NCBI GenBank assembly: GCA_019234695.1 | Contig: GCA_019234695.1_3937.1 | Strand: one strand, 5' to 3' | DNA: 64,000 nt | From: a phage | Shown: one piece after another, positions 17,889-26,438 of the stretch | Layout: each line of letters opens with the position of its first letter | Numbering within the stretch: position 1 is the first letter of the stretch | Program-made: the position numbers and the translations under genes | Notes under the pieces: generated by a model | Database searches by the model: none | The model's input: the letters and a program-made list of their open reading frames with translations, nothing else | Told to the model about the DNA's origin: nothing

Positions 17889-18430
17889 TCTTTCACCATA
17901 GCATTTCTGAACTGACGTTGTGTTTCTCTTGTAATTTCGTTTGGAGTAAACCCTGCTTTTAGCATATCTCTGAAAAGAATTTCTAAATGGTTCCTCTCAA
18001 TGATGTGAATGGCATTCTGAATAGCTGTTTTGCGCTCCTTCAGGTCACTACTAATCTCTTCGCACTTACTGGTAAGTTCTGTGTCAACTTTCTTATAGAC
18101 TGGCATAACATGTGCGTAGCAACCTTTATTAGTCTCCATGAAAAATTTAAAAGATTCTTCAGAGTCCTTTAGAGCAATCCCTATAAAGTTCTTGTAAGCA
18201 CCTGTGAAAGATAAGGACTCAATCTCAGCAGTTGAGTATACAGTCCCTGCACACAGCCTTGCAGAAGTACTAAATGTGTGGTTTGGTGTCATGTCAAAAT
18301 CTAAGTTCTTCAGTGGCCTGAAATAAACAATACCGTTGTGTGAGATATGTGTTACAACAGCCTCAACATTCTTTGACGGATTCTGTTTAACGTACAAAAT
18401 TATTTTATCTTTTTCTTTCACTGTAGCCAT
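17885..18430 (-). CDS. hypothetical protein
   Basis: ORF track; 4-nt overlap with downstream gene. Confidence 0.5.
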   Translation of the reverse strand: MATVKEKDKIILYVKQNPSKNVEAVVTHISHNGIVYFRPLKNLDFDMTPNHTFSTSARLCAGTVYSTAEIESLSFTGAYKNFIGIALKDSEESFKFFMETNKGCYAHVMPVYKKVDTELTSKCEEISSDLKERKTAIQNAIHIIERNHLEILFRDMLKAGFTPNEITRETQRQFRNAMVKE

Positions 18431-18502
18431 ATCTATTCTCCAGAAACTAAAAAGGGAACTACCTCTCGATAGCTCCCATCATAATTAATGTTGTATACTC
18501 AG

Positions 18503-19084
18503 TCAAGAGTATTTTTTAGGCAGTAATGCACTACGCTTGTTACTTTCCTCACTCAGTAGTGCGATAAATTCATCACCTTTGCCTTTCCACGGGCTAAATG
18601 TAGGGATGTGTTCTCTGATAGCCTCAATCACTGTCTTCAGTGCGTTATTCTTTAACCACCAATCAGATACTGCCGATGCTACAACATAGTAAGCACCATC
18701 ATCTGTGAAGATTGGCTCAGAGATACATGGTGAAATCATAGTGGTAATGATAGAGCCATTATTCATGTAGTATGTTCTTTTTTCAACCTTGTCAAGAAGC
18801 TTATGAAGGTCTGCAAAGAGACTTACCACCTCTTTATGGTCAATATCTTTTTCAAGACTTGCTCTGTACTTTAATAGTGCAGCATCAACCTCTTTATCAT
18901 TGAATTTGAAGTACTGGACTTCTTCATTCACACATACGCTGATATTGTTGGTGTTTATCGTCAATTTGCACAGTTTGACTGGAGAGTTGATGTTGGTCTG
19001 AAAAAGTGCTACACAGCCCTCTACATTCCCGAAATGCTTGACTAATGTAACTTCTGGTTGAATATGCTCATGTTCTTCTGACAT
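18503..19084 (-). CDS. hypothetical protein
   Basis: ORF track. Confidence 0.5.
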   Translation of the reverse strand: MSEEHEHIQPEVTLVKHFGNVEGCVALFQTNINSPVKLCKLTINTNNISVCVNEEVQYFKFNDKEVDAALLKYRASLEKDIDHKEVVSLFADLHKLLDKVEKRTYYMNNGSIITTMISPCISEPIFTDDGAYYVVASAVSDWWLKNNALKTVIEAIREHIPTFSPWKGKGDEFIALLSEESNKRSALLPKKYS

Positions 19085-19428
19085 TATAGTTTCCTCATTA
19101 AATACTTTTTAAGTTGTGTGTTAGGTTTCTCAAAAACTTCTATAGAAGATATCTTGACAGACTCACCACGCATTCCTGTATGTTTGAATATATAGTACTC
19201 TAACATCCCTATGTACTTTGCTGGTAAGTCATGTTTGACATATACCGTTACAGAATCTTCAAATTCAACAACCTTTGTACCATCTTTGTAGTTAAACTCT
19301 TTAGGATGGTTATAGTTGTCAATGTCATACATTAAAAAGAGTCTTTTCCGTTGTAAGTCAAGCTTATTGGTTAAAGACTCTTTGATATCTGAGAAGTTTT
19401 TGTACACTGTGACATGGAGCTTACTCAT
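19084..19428 (-). CDS. hypothetical protein
   Basis: ORF track; start-stop overlap. Confidence 0.5.
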   Translation of the reverse strand: MSKLHVTVYKNFSDIKESLTNKLDLQRKRLFLMYDIDNYNHPKEFNYKDGTKVVEFEDSVTVYVKHDLPAKYIGMLEYYIFKHTGMRGESVKISSIEVFEKPNTQLKKYLMRKL

Positions 19429-19714
19429 CGTTAAACTCTCTGACGAAGAAATAGTTGACTTTATTATTACCTACCATAAGGTCAAAGCAGGTATTCTCAA
19501 AAGGTTTGTTGTAGGCATCGTATGAAGTGTACGTATCAGCTACTTGTTTAGTATTGAGCTTTTTACTTGATGGGTTTAAGAGGCCACCATACAGCTTCTT
19601 GATAGCCTCTTCTACAACAGACCAGATAATTTCGTCAGTAATTTCTTCGTACAGGTCAAGTTCACGCTCTAGTGAGAAGTCACAAATAGGGAAAACAACC
19701 TGTACTTTACTCAT
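19421..19714 (-). CDS. hypothetical protein
   Basis: ORF track. Confidence 0.45.
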   Translation of the reverse strand: MSKVQVVFPICDFSLERELDLYEEITDEIIWSVVEEAIKKLYGGLLNPSSKKLNTKQVADTYTSYDAYNKPFENTCFDLMVGNNKVNYFFVREFNDE

Positions 19715-20112
19715 TAACGAATAACCTGTGAGACTTGAATTGCTTCGGTTACTGACAAGTCACCTACTTTCTCTTCTTTGATAAAGGTGAAGGTAAGTTC
19801 AACAGGTTCTTGCTTTTCTTGCTCAACTGGAATGCCATTAAGCTCATCACGGATTGATTGAGTTGTCCAGTCTTCTCCACCATCTGGATAATGGATGGCG
19901 TAAAGAGGGAACTCCATATCATACCAGCCAAATACAGGACAGCCATCTGCATCATCTCGCATCCTACGTAGTGTGCTACCTGAGCCTGTAAAACGAAGGC
20001 TGATATTACCATTACACTCAAAGATTACTGCATCAGCAAGACCAGCGTCTTCACGGCCATCATGCCCAAACGTGTCAACTTTTACTTGAATATCTCTAAC
20101 ATCTTTATTCAT
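19714..20112 (-). CDS. hypothetical protein
   Basis: ORF track. Confidence 0.5.
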   Translation of the reverse strand: MNKDVRDIQVKVDTFGHDGREDAGLADAVIFECNGNISLRFTGSGSTLRRMRDDADGCPVFGWYDMEFPLYAIHYPDGGEDWTTQSIRDELNGIPVEQEKQEPVELTFTFIKEEKVGDLSVTEAIQVSQVIR

Positions 20113-20503
20113 AAAAACCTCTCTCTGCTTGTTCGATTTTTGCTCTTAAAGCTTCGCAATGCTGTAGATGGTAGTTAGCTTCTTGTTCATGTGTTGCTAA
20201 CTGCCTTTCCAGAACAGTTTTATAGTAACCTGCAAGTTGCTCTTTTGTCAATGGGTGCTCTGAAATAATATCAAGTCCACTTTCACCAAGAGGGTTGAAT
20301 TGTCCATGTTCGTTGACATTGTAAGTCTCAAACTTGAACAGGCCATTGTTCACAGACTCAATAGGTGACAGCTCAACAAGCTCTACAGTAAACCGTGTAT
20401 ATACCTTGTCACCTCTTGAAACCACATTGTTCCCGACAATGCGTACAAGCGAGCCATTACGAGTGTACTTAAAAGTTCCAAAGTCACTAGCCCAAAGTTT
20501 CAT
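20105..20503 (-). CDS. hypothetical protein
   Basis: ORF track; AGGAG RBS after the endolysin terminator. Confidence 0.5.
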   Translation of the reverse strand: MKLWASDFGTFKYTRNGSLVRIVGNNVVSRGDKVYTRFTVELVELSPIESVNNGLFKFETYNVNEHGQFNPLGESGLDIISEHPLTKEQLAGYYKTVLERQLATHEQEANYHLQHCEALRAKIEQAERGFYE

Positions 20504-20523
20504 AGTTTTCTCCTTAGAAAATA

Positions 20524-20546
20524 AAAAAGGCTCCCGAAGGAGCCTA
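20524..20546 (-). terminator. intrinsic terminator downstream of endolysin (minus strand)
   Basis: minus strand reads GGCTCC-TTCG-GGAGCC-TTTTTT. Confidence 0.65.
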
Positions 20547-20554
20547 TGAAGATA

Positions 20555-21019
20555 TTACTTTGGGTATACACTGTCAAGATAAATGTCAGCTTCCATTCTA
20601 CGTCTGTTTTTCAGACCGTTTGAAGTGACCTTCTTACCTTTGACTGTAACCTTGTTCCACCACTGCATAGCTTCTGCACAACCTACCTTATTACCAGCAT
20701 TGTGGCGCTTGATAAATGTGGAATCCTGCATAGCTGTGATACCGATGTTGTATGTTTCACTTACAAGTGCATCGAACTCATTCTGAGTAGTTGGAACCTT
20801 GATAGCTTTGTTCACTGCTGCAACAAACTTCTCAACATCCGCGAGAAGATACTGTTCAGCTTGTTCAGCGGTGATTTTCATTCCCATCTTAACAGGTTTT
20901 CCGTCAATACGAATTGTACCATACCCGATTGTTGGGATTCCGGCAGAGTCTTCGTAAGCCTCTAACTCAAGACCTTCGAAGAACTTAATAGCGTCTAAAC
21001 CTTTTCTTGAGAGTTGCAT
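20555..21019 (-). CDS. endolysin, GH24 lysozyme (T4 e / lambda R type)
   Basis: 154 aa; FEGLELEAYEDSAGIPTIGYG catalytic-region motif; followed by hairpin plus T-tract on minus strand. Confidence 0.85.
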   Translation of the reverse strand: MQLSRKGLDAIKFFEGLELEAYEDSAGIPTIGYGTIRIDGKPVKMGMKITAEQAEQYLLADVEKFVAAVNKAIKVPTTQNEFDALVSETYNIGITAMQDSTFIKRHNAGNKVGCAEAMQWWNKVTVKGKKVTSNGLKNRRRMEADIYLDSVYPK

Positions 21020-21903
21020 TACGCCTCCCCTGCTGGGTTAACTGTAACTGTTGCTGCATTGGATGTTACAGAGCCACCTGCACCAGTAACTACACAGGTG
21101 TAGCTTCCTGCATCAGCAGCGGTTGCACCTTCTTTGGTGTAAGTTGCAGTAGTTGCATCGAGGATGTCTTCCTCACCTTTCTTCCATTGGTAACCTGTCG
21201 CACCTGTTGCCACAACATTCAGTGTTAAGGTCTCACCTTCAGTGATTTCTTGATTGGTTGGTTGCTGAGTGATTACTGGAAGTGCATTCACAGTCACTGT
21301 TGCTGCATCTGAGGTAACACTTGTTCCACCCTCTCCAGATACAACGCAAGTGTATGAACCAGCATCAGAAGGTGCTACTGACTGTTTTGTGTAAGTTGCA
21401 GAATTGGCACTAGGGATATCCTCACCATCCTTCTTCCACTGATATCCAGTGGCGTTAGTTGCTAGAATGCTTAGAGTAAGTGTGCCACCCTCATTGACTG
21501 TTTGACCTGTTGGTTGCTGAGTAATTGCTGGTGGCTTAATAGCATCCTTCAGCTTAGCATTCAACATTGAGAACGGCTTAACTCTTGCCAACCATTCACA
21601 GTAAATAGTGTCAACATCTTTACCATTGATGATTGCATACTGCAAATCCATGAAGAAATCAGCAGTTCTCATCTGTGCACCAACACTGTAAAGGAGTTCA
21701 TCACTAAAAGGAACTTTGTAGTCTGGTTTGTAATCAAACTTCTCAACTTCTGCAATATCAGCTTCAGGCCAATATGAGCTATAGGTGAGTGGTAAAATAG
21801 CCTCTTGATATGTTCTAAAATCATATCTCTTACCAGCTTTTACGTTTGCAATGAAGCCCTTCACAAACTCTTTAAAGTCTGGGTAAGTCTTTGCTTTAAT
21901 CAT
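21019..21903 (-). CDS. protein with two tandem Ig-like domains
   Basis: two repeats of ...TQQPT.Q...EG.TLTL...ATGATGYQWKK.GEDI...ATYTK...AGSYTCVV.G.GG; N-terminal domain paralogous to 21900..22271. Confidence 0.55.
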   Translation of the reverse strand: MIKAKTYPDFKEFVKGFIANVKAGKRYDFRTYQEAILPLTYSSYWPEADIAEVEKFDYKPDYKVPFSDELLYSVGAQMRTADFFMDLQYAIINGKDVDTIYCEWLARVKPFSMLNAKLKDAIKPPAITQQPTGQTVNEGGTLTLSILATNATGYQWKKDGEDIPSANSATYTKQSVAPSDAGSYTCVVSGEGGTSVTSDAATVTVNALPVITQQPTNQEITEGETLTLNVVATGATGYQWKKGEEDILDATTATYTKEGATAADAGSYTCVVTGAGGSVTSNAATVTVNPAGEA

Positions 21904-22271
21904 TTATTTTCAGCCTCTAAATGTGCGTTTAGTCTAAAATAACCTTTGTGATTCGGAGATACATCACCAACAACAATACCTTTAACCTTATAACCTTTAC
22001 CAATTACATACTGGATATCCATAAGGAATCTTCCAAGACCAACAATATGGAACATTGGATATAATAGATTCTCAGAGTCTGGAATATTGATTTCGGGTTT
22101 GTAGGTGCATTGTTCGATTGTTGGTGTAATATCTTCTTCAGGCCATTTACTGAGTCTCCATGTCAAAGGTGTTGGGATAACATCATTAATGTTGTACCTT
22201 TCACCATTTTGCACGGAATTGATATAGGATTGTAGGAAGCAATAAAAGTCTTTTGCACTCTTAGCTTTCAT
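21900..22271 (-). CDS. hypothetical protein, paralog of N-terminal domain of the Ig-like protein
   Basis: shared pattern (FxxFxxxYIxxVxxGxRY..., MDLQYxIxxGK) with 21019..21903 N-terminus. Confidence 0.5.
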   Translation of the reverse strand: MKAKSAKDFYCFLQSYINSVQNGERYNINDVIPTPLTWRLSKWPEEDITPTIEQCTYKPEINIPDSENLLYPMFHIVGLGRFLMDIQYVIGKGYKVKGIVVGDVSPNHKGYFRLNAHLEAENK

Positions 22272-22318
22272 TAAATATCCTTATAAATAGTTAAAGGGGC
22301 ATCAGCCCCTATTCACAC

Positions 22319-22909
22319 TTAAGCTTTGGTCTTAAGTAGGTTCTTAAGTTTTTTAAGATTCATACTCTCATCAAACTTAAAACCAAATCCATTGACATAA
22401 TCAATGAACTCGGATTTCTTACTGAGTGACAATGCGTAACTCATATCAAAGTTCTTACTTGTTTCTGCGTCTGGACTAGAGTTCACATCAAATGAAATTT
22501 CTGTAGGCTCTTGCTTACTTTTTCTCATATTATCAACCAACAAACATGTATAGTTTGCTGGATAGAAATTTACACTACCATCAACGTAGCTGTACTTATT
22601 ATTATGGATAAGGTTGGAAAATACCTTAAGGAATGTTTCTGAGTCGTGGCAAACAAGTTTGAATTGGCTGCTCTCTCCAAGCGCAACTAATGAGTACGGG
22701 CTTTCACTATCAAAGTCATAATTTGGATTCGATGACGTTACTGTTACACGCATCAAGTTATTAGCAATAGTCTTCTGTTTAAAAGAATTTGGAACATAGT
22801 GAAGACCTCTATCACACTGATTAACTAATTCTTTCAATAGGTCATTTGCATATGGTGAGTTAATTGATACAGAGCCATCACTATTGTAATTAAAACTTAC
22901 TGTTAACAT
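22319..22909 (-). CDS. hypothetical protein
   Basis: ORF track. Confidence 0.5.
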   Translation of the reverse strand: MLTVSFNYNSDGSVSINSPYANDLLKELVNQCDRGLHYVPNSFKQKTIANNLMRVTVTSSNPNYDFDSESPYSLVALGESSQFKLVCHDSETFLKVFSNLIHNNKYSYVDGSVNFYPANYTCLLVDNMRKSKQEPTEISFDVNSSPDAETSKNFDMSYALSLSKKSEFIDYVNGFGFKFDESMNLKKLKNLLKTKA

Positions 22910-23136
22910 TTTTCAGTTCTCCTGCGATTTATAATTTTGCTGCAATAGAGAAACGAAGTAAACTCACTGGAAGAAACCATTAAGTGTTGTTCACTAGATT
23001 GAGCCATTGCCCTGAAATACATTCCAGTCAAAGCATCATAGTGACTATTCTTTCCAATTGAGGTTATATAGCCATGACTCTTTGCAGTTTGATATAAATC
23101 TATAATATCTGCGATTTCTAATTGGGAACTACACAT
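22903..23136 (-). CDS. hypothetical small protein
   Basis: ORF track. Confidence 0.4.
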   Translation of the reverse strand: MCSSQLEIADIIDLYQTAKSHGYITSIGKNSHYDALTGMYFRAMAQSSEQHLMVSSSEFTSFLYCSKIINRRRTEKC

Positions 23137-23300
23137 AGATAATCCTCTTGTCTTCTGTAATTTTGAAAGAACAGGTACAGACCAATTTCAGAGGATGAAT
23201 AGTAGATTGACTCTACCCTTTTTGATTCCTTACAGTGATTGGTATTCTTACCTTTCTTCGGTTTATTTGATTTTCTCATTAAGTCTCCTTTGTAGAACAA
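23118..23300 (-). CDS. hypothetical small basic protein
   Basis: ORF track; first gene of leftward operon. Confidence 0.3.
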   Translation of the reverse strand: MFYKGDLMRKSNKPKKGKNTNHCKESKRVESIYYSSSEIGLYLFFQNYRRQEDYLCVVPN

Positions 23301-23528
23301 GGCAGACCTACAGCTTTAAGTAAGATGGTACAGTAATCCATACAACAAGTCAAGAACTATTGCAAGTTAAAAAAGTTGTTGACAAAGTACTTGACAAGGT
23401 GTAGGCTTATAAATACTTAGAAGATAACTTAAAAGGTTCCTCTAAAAAGGCTATTTAAACAGATATCTTTCTGGATATCTATCTTTTATCTTAAAAGCCT
23501 TTTAAGAGGTCTTATAAGAGGCATACCA

Positions 23529-23900
23529 ATGAAAAACAGAACAAACAAAGGCCAGTTTAAAAAAGGCCAGTCTGGAAACCCATCTGGAAGACCAAAAGGC
23601 TCTCGTAACAAAAGCTCACTTGTAAAAGCTCAACTGACCATTGATAATTCTGCTGAGTTTGCTGCAAAGTTGTTTGAAGCAATTGTTACAAGGGATGCTG
23701 CTAAGCTTGCAGAGTTCGGGTTAAACACAGACGACGTAACCATCAAGAGCATGATTGAGGTCGGTAAAACTATCATGACTCACTCAGCAGGTGAGATGAA
23801 AGCCATTGCAGCAGACACTAAGAAGACTCCTGATAACGGTGGTCAGTCTCAGACAGATAACAAACCAACGTTCTCTGCTGTTGCAACCCTCAAAAAATAA
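23529..23900 (+). CDS. hypothetical protein with GNPSGRPKG motif
   Basis: ORF track; AAGAGG RBS; N-terminal KGQSGNPSGRPKGSRNK basic motif. Confidence 0.5.
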   Translation: MKNRTNKGQFKKGQSGNPSGRPKGSRNKSSLVKAQLTIDNSAEFAAKLFEAIVTRDAAKLAEFGLNTDDVTIKSMIEVGKTIMTHSAGEMKAIAADTKKTPDNGGQSQTDNKPTFSAVATLKK

Positions 23901-23912
23901 TTTTAAAAGATG

Positions 23913-23942
23913 TTGACAGACTCTACAAAGTTGCTCTAAAGT
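23913..23942 (+). promoter_or_regulatory. promoter embedded in inverted repeat, upstream of Ro60-like gene
   Basis: TTGACA-18-TAAAGT; flanked by inverted repeat TGACAGACT / AGTCTGTCA. Confidence 0.4.
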
Positions 23943-23981
23943 CTGTCACATCAAACAACAAATGAGAGAAGAGAGTAAAAT

Positions 23982-25397
23982 ATGAGCGAATTATTTAAAC
24001 ATGCGAACCTTCATGCAGGTCGAACTGAAAATGGTGCTGTAAACCATACTTCATCAATGTCTGCTCTTGTAGACTTTTACAAAGCTGCTGGTTCAAGCCG
24101 TAGCAACGTAGAAATCTTACCAGACCTGTTCTACAAAGCTTTGCGTGAGGATGTTGATGTTGCAGTTCGTATTTTGCTTCATATGCGAGATGTACGAGAA
24201 GGTATGGGTGAGCGTAAAGCCTTCAGAACTGTTTTGCTTCAAGCAATTGAAGATAAAGTTTTAGAGCCTACACAGGTTCTTCGCATTATGGATAAGATTG
24301 CAGAACTTGGTCGTTTTGATGACTTCAAAATCTTCGTGGGTACTTGTTTCGAGACAGATGCCTTCAAACATTTAGAAGCAGCATTACTAGACCCTGCAAC
24401 AGCAGGTTTGGCGGCTAAGTGGTTACCACGAGTCAAACCACGTCATAAGCAGTTTGTAAAACGTTTCTGCAAGTTTGCCAACTTGAGTGAGAAAGAGTAC
24501 CGCACACTGTTGTCTGCACTATCTGATACAGTTGAGCAAAAAATCTCTGCTAATGAGTTTGGTAAGATTGACTACAGTAAGATTCCTTCACTTGCTGCTG
24601 CACGTTACCAAAAACTGTTTAACCGTAAAGATGGAGAGCGTTACAAAGCTTACATCGAGTCCTTATCAAAAGGTGAGACTAAGATTAGCGCTGGTGCTGT
24701 TTACCCATACGATGTGATTAAATCCGTCAAGCATGGTAATGCAGATGTTGCTAATGAGCAGTGGAAAGCACTACCAAACTGGATGGCAGAAGGTGAAAAC
24801 ATCTTGTGTATGTCTGATGTATCAAGTTCAATGTCTTGGGTGAATTTTGGCTCCATTACTGCTCTGGATATTGGTGTATCACTTGCCTTGTATGTAGCAG
24901 AACGCAATACAGGTTGCTTTAAGAATGAGTTGATGGTTTATTCAACAAACCCTCACTTCATCGAACTGAGTGGTGATTTACGAAACCGTCATCGTCAGGT
25001 GATGCGACACGTTGAATATGGCTCAACTAACTTACAAGCAGCTTTTGACCGCATTCTTGAGACAGGCAAAAGAAACAACTTGACTCAGAAAGATATGCCA
25101 AGTAAGCTTATCATCTTCTCCGATATGGAGTTTAATCAGGTTGATGGGGCTAACGGTCGTACAAACTTTGAAGCAATTCAGAGTAAGTACAAAAAAGCTG
25201 GATATGAGATGCCACAACTGGTATTCTGGTACTTAGCAAACCGTAATGGTACTTGCGAAGTATCTGTTAAGGATAACGGTGTAGCAATGGTATCAGGGTT
25301 CTCTCCAGCCACTTTAAAAGCTCTGCTTGGTGGTGAGAAGTTTGACCCAATCAGTGTAATGCTCAAAGCAGTAATGATTGACCGTTATATCTGGTAA
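23982..25397 (+). CDS. Ro60-like protein (helical N-terminal domain plus vWA/MIDAS domain)
   Basis: 471 aa; SDVSSSM (DxSxS MIDAS), LIIFSDMEFN and GFSPATLKAL align by eye with human Ro60 vWA segments DVSASM, FIVFTDNETF, GFDTGAL (recalled). Confidence 0.5.
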   Translation: MSELFKHANLHAGRTENGAVNHTSSMSALVDFYKAAGSSRSNVEILPDLFYKALREDVDVAVRILLHMRDVREGMGERKAFRTVLLQAIEDKVLEPTQVLRIMDKIAELGRFDDFKIFVGTCFETDAFKHLEAALLDPATAGLAAKWLPRVKPRHKQFVKRFCKFANLSEKEYRTLLSALSDTVEQKISANEFGKIDYSKIPSLAAARYQKLFNRKDGERYKAYIESLSKGETKISAGAVYPYDVIKSVKHGNADVANEQWKALPNWMAEGENILCMSDVSSSMSWVNFGSITALDIGVSLALYVAERNTGCFKNELMVYSTNPHFIELSGDLRNRHRQVMRHVEYGSTNLQAAFDRILETGKRNNLTQKDMPSKLIIFSDMEFNQVDGANGRTNFEAIQSKYKKAGYEMPQLVFWYLANRNGTCEVSVKDNGVAMVSGFSPATLKALLGGEKFDPISVMLKAVMIDRYIW

Positions 25398-25415
25398 AAA
25401 GTTTTAAAAAGGGTA

Positions 25416-25444
25416 TTGACAATGTGTTTAATACCCTTTAATAT
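25416..25444 (+). promoter_or_regulatory. sigma70-like promoter upstream of tRNA cluster
   Basis: TTGACA-17-TAATAT; -35 flanked by inverted repeat GGGTATT / AATACCC. Confidence 0.55.
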
Positions 25445-25506
25445 GTTCTACATAGAAACGAAATGAGAGCTTTTCTAAGATACTGAAAAATATTTTAAAA
25501 AAGTTC

Positions 25507-25536
25507 TTGACAACCACTAAAAAATAATGTTAAAGT
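25507..25536 (+). promoter_or_regulatory. second promoter upstream of tRNA cluster
   Basis: TTGACA-18-TAAAGT with inverted repeat AACCACT / AGTGGTT; ~25 nt upstream of first tRNA. Confidence 0.4.
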
Positions 25537-25560
25537 GGTTACATAGAGTTTGAAAAGTTT

Positions 25561-25637
25561 ATCTCTGTTTAGCTCAGCTTGGTAGAGCGTTCCGTTTGGG
25601 GCGGTAAGGCCGGAGGTTCAAGTCCTCCAACAGAGAC
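25561..25637 (+). tRNA. tRNA-Pro (anticodon TGG)
   Basis: manual cloverleaf; acceptor CTCTGTT/AACAGAG, T-arm GGAGG-TTCAAGT-CCTCC, CCA encoded. Confidence 0.65.
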
Positions 25638-25644
25638 CAAATTA

Positions 25645-25722
25645 ATGTTCCAGTGGACAAAATGGTAAAGTCACCACTCTTTCAAAGTGGATATTTGAGG
25701 GTTCAAATCCCTTCTGGAACGC
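25645..25722 (+). tRNA. tRNA-Glu (TTC)
   Basis: manual fold; anticodon arm CCACT-CTTTCAA-AGTGG; T-loop TTCAAAT. Confidence 0.7.
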
Positions 25723-25728
25723 CAGTTT

Positions 25729-25802
25729 TGACAGAAGACCAATTACAGCAAACTTAATCTTATTCATCTGAAGGTAAATCGGACAAAGAAGAGATTTGGT
25801 CT
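25729..25802 (+). ncRNA. structured hairpin RNA E1 (Y RNA-like family)
   Basis: 5-prime ACAGAAGACCAATTACAGCAA pairs with 3-prime TTGGTCTGG; between tRNA-Glu and tRNA-Met. Confidence 0.45.
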
Positions 25803-25813
25803 GGTCATTAAGA

Positions 25814-25890
25814 ATTGCGGGTATAGAGAAAGGGCGTCTCACATGTCTCATTAGCATGGTATCGGCAGGTTCGACTCCTGCACCCGCCTC
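25814..25890 (+). tRNA. tRNA-Met (CAT), atypical
   Basis: anticodon arm CATGT-CTCATTA-GCATG; 1-72 mismatch and 3-nt connector before D-stem. Confidence 0.5.
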
Positions 25891-25895
25891 CAAAT

Positions 25896-25960
25896 TTACA
25901 GAAGACCGTTTACAGCAATATTTATTAAATTTTTAGCGGAAAAATTGAAAGATACGGTCT
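25896..25960 (+). ncRNA. structured hairpin RNA E2 (Y RNA-like family)
   Basis: 5-prime ACAGAAGACCGTTTACAGCAA pairs with 3-prime ACGGTCTGG; compensatory change relative to E1/E3. Confidence 0.45.
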
Positions 25961-25973
25961 GGTAATACTAAAC

Positions 25974-26050
25974 ATGGTTAGGAAGCACATAAGGTATGTG
26001 CGGTCGCCTGTTAAGCGAATGGCACAGGGTTCGAATCCCTGACTAACCGC
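25974..26050 (+). tRNA. tRNA-Asn (GTT)
   Basis: anticodon loop CTGTTAA; D-stem GCAC/GTGC; T-arm CAGGG-TTCGAAT-CCCTG. Confidence 0.7.
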
Positions 26051-26119
26051 CAAATTTAGGAGAGAAGCGATTGCTCACCGATTTGTAAGGTTCAAGTCCT
26101 TAGCCTGAATAGAAATCAA

Positions 26120-26207
26120 ATGTGTCGTTATCCCGTAGATGGTAGCGGTGGGGACTGTAAATCCCTTGTCATTGAGACTCGGTAGGTTCGACTCCTACAC
26201 GGCACAC
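26120..26207 (+). tRNA. tRNA-Tyr (GTA), long variable arm
   Basis: 88 nt; anticodon loop CTGTAAA; T-arm GTAGG-TTCGACT-CCTAC. Confidence 0.7.
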
Positions 26208-26213
26208 CAAATA

Positions 26214-26291
26214 AAGGTTATGTAGTTTAATCTGGTTAAAATACTCCCCTGTCACGGGAGATGATGAGGGTTCAAATCCCTTCATAACCGC
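26214..26291 (+). tRNA. tRNA-Asp (GTC)
   Basis: perfect acceptor GGTTATG/CATAACC; anticodon arm CTCCC-CTGTCAC-GGGAG. Confidence 0.8.
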
Positions 26292-26352
26292 CAATTTTGA
26301 GAGGGCTATTTAGCCCCTCCCTTAAAGAGTTCTTACGAGTATTCTTTAAAGG

Positions 26353-26426
26353 AGCAGAAGACCAAATACAGCAAGCATGTATGAAATTTCAAACCAATTC
26401 AATTTTGAAAATTTAAAACTTGGTCT
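26353..26426 (+). ncRNA. structured hairpin RNA E3 (Y RNA-like family)
   Basis: 5-prime CAGAAGACCAAATACAGCAA pairs with 3-prime TTGGTCTGG. Confidence 0.45.
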
Positions 26427-26438
26427 GGCTCAACAAAT

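Noticed and set aside
23409-23416. T4-type late promoter TATAAATA at 23409-23416
   Set aside because: Single occurrence in a divergent early intergenic region and not upstream of structural genes; insufficient evidence for a late-promoter system
25642-25893. ORF-track entries overlapping tRNA genes (25642..25893 -, 26413..26670 -, 27579..27773 +, 28556..28831 -)
   Set aside because: They lie across well-formed tRNA cloverleafs and structured RNA elements, have no RBS and odd composition; treated as spurious frames
26051-26112. Additional tRNA gene at the T-arm-like hairpin TAAGG-TTCAAGT-CCTTA
   Set aside because: No acceptor stem, D-arm or anticodon arm can be built around it; kept only as a possible tRNA remnant or small structured element
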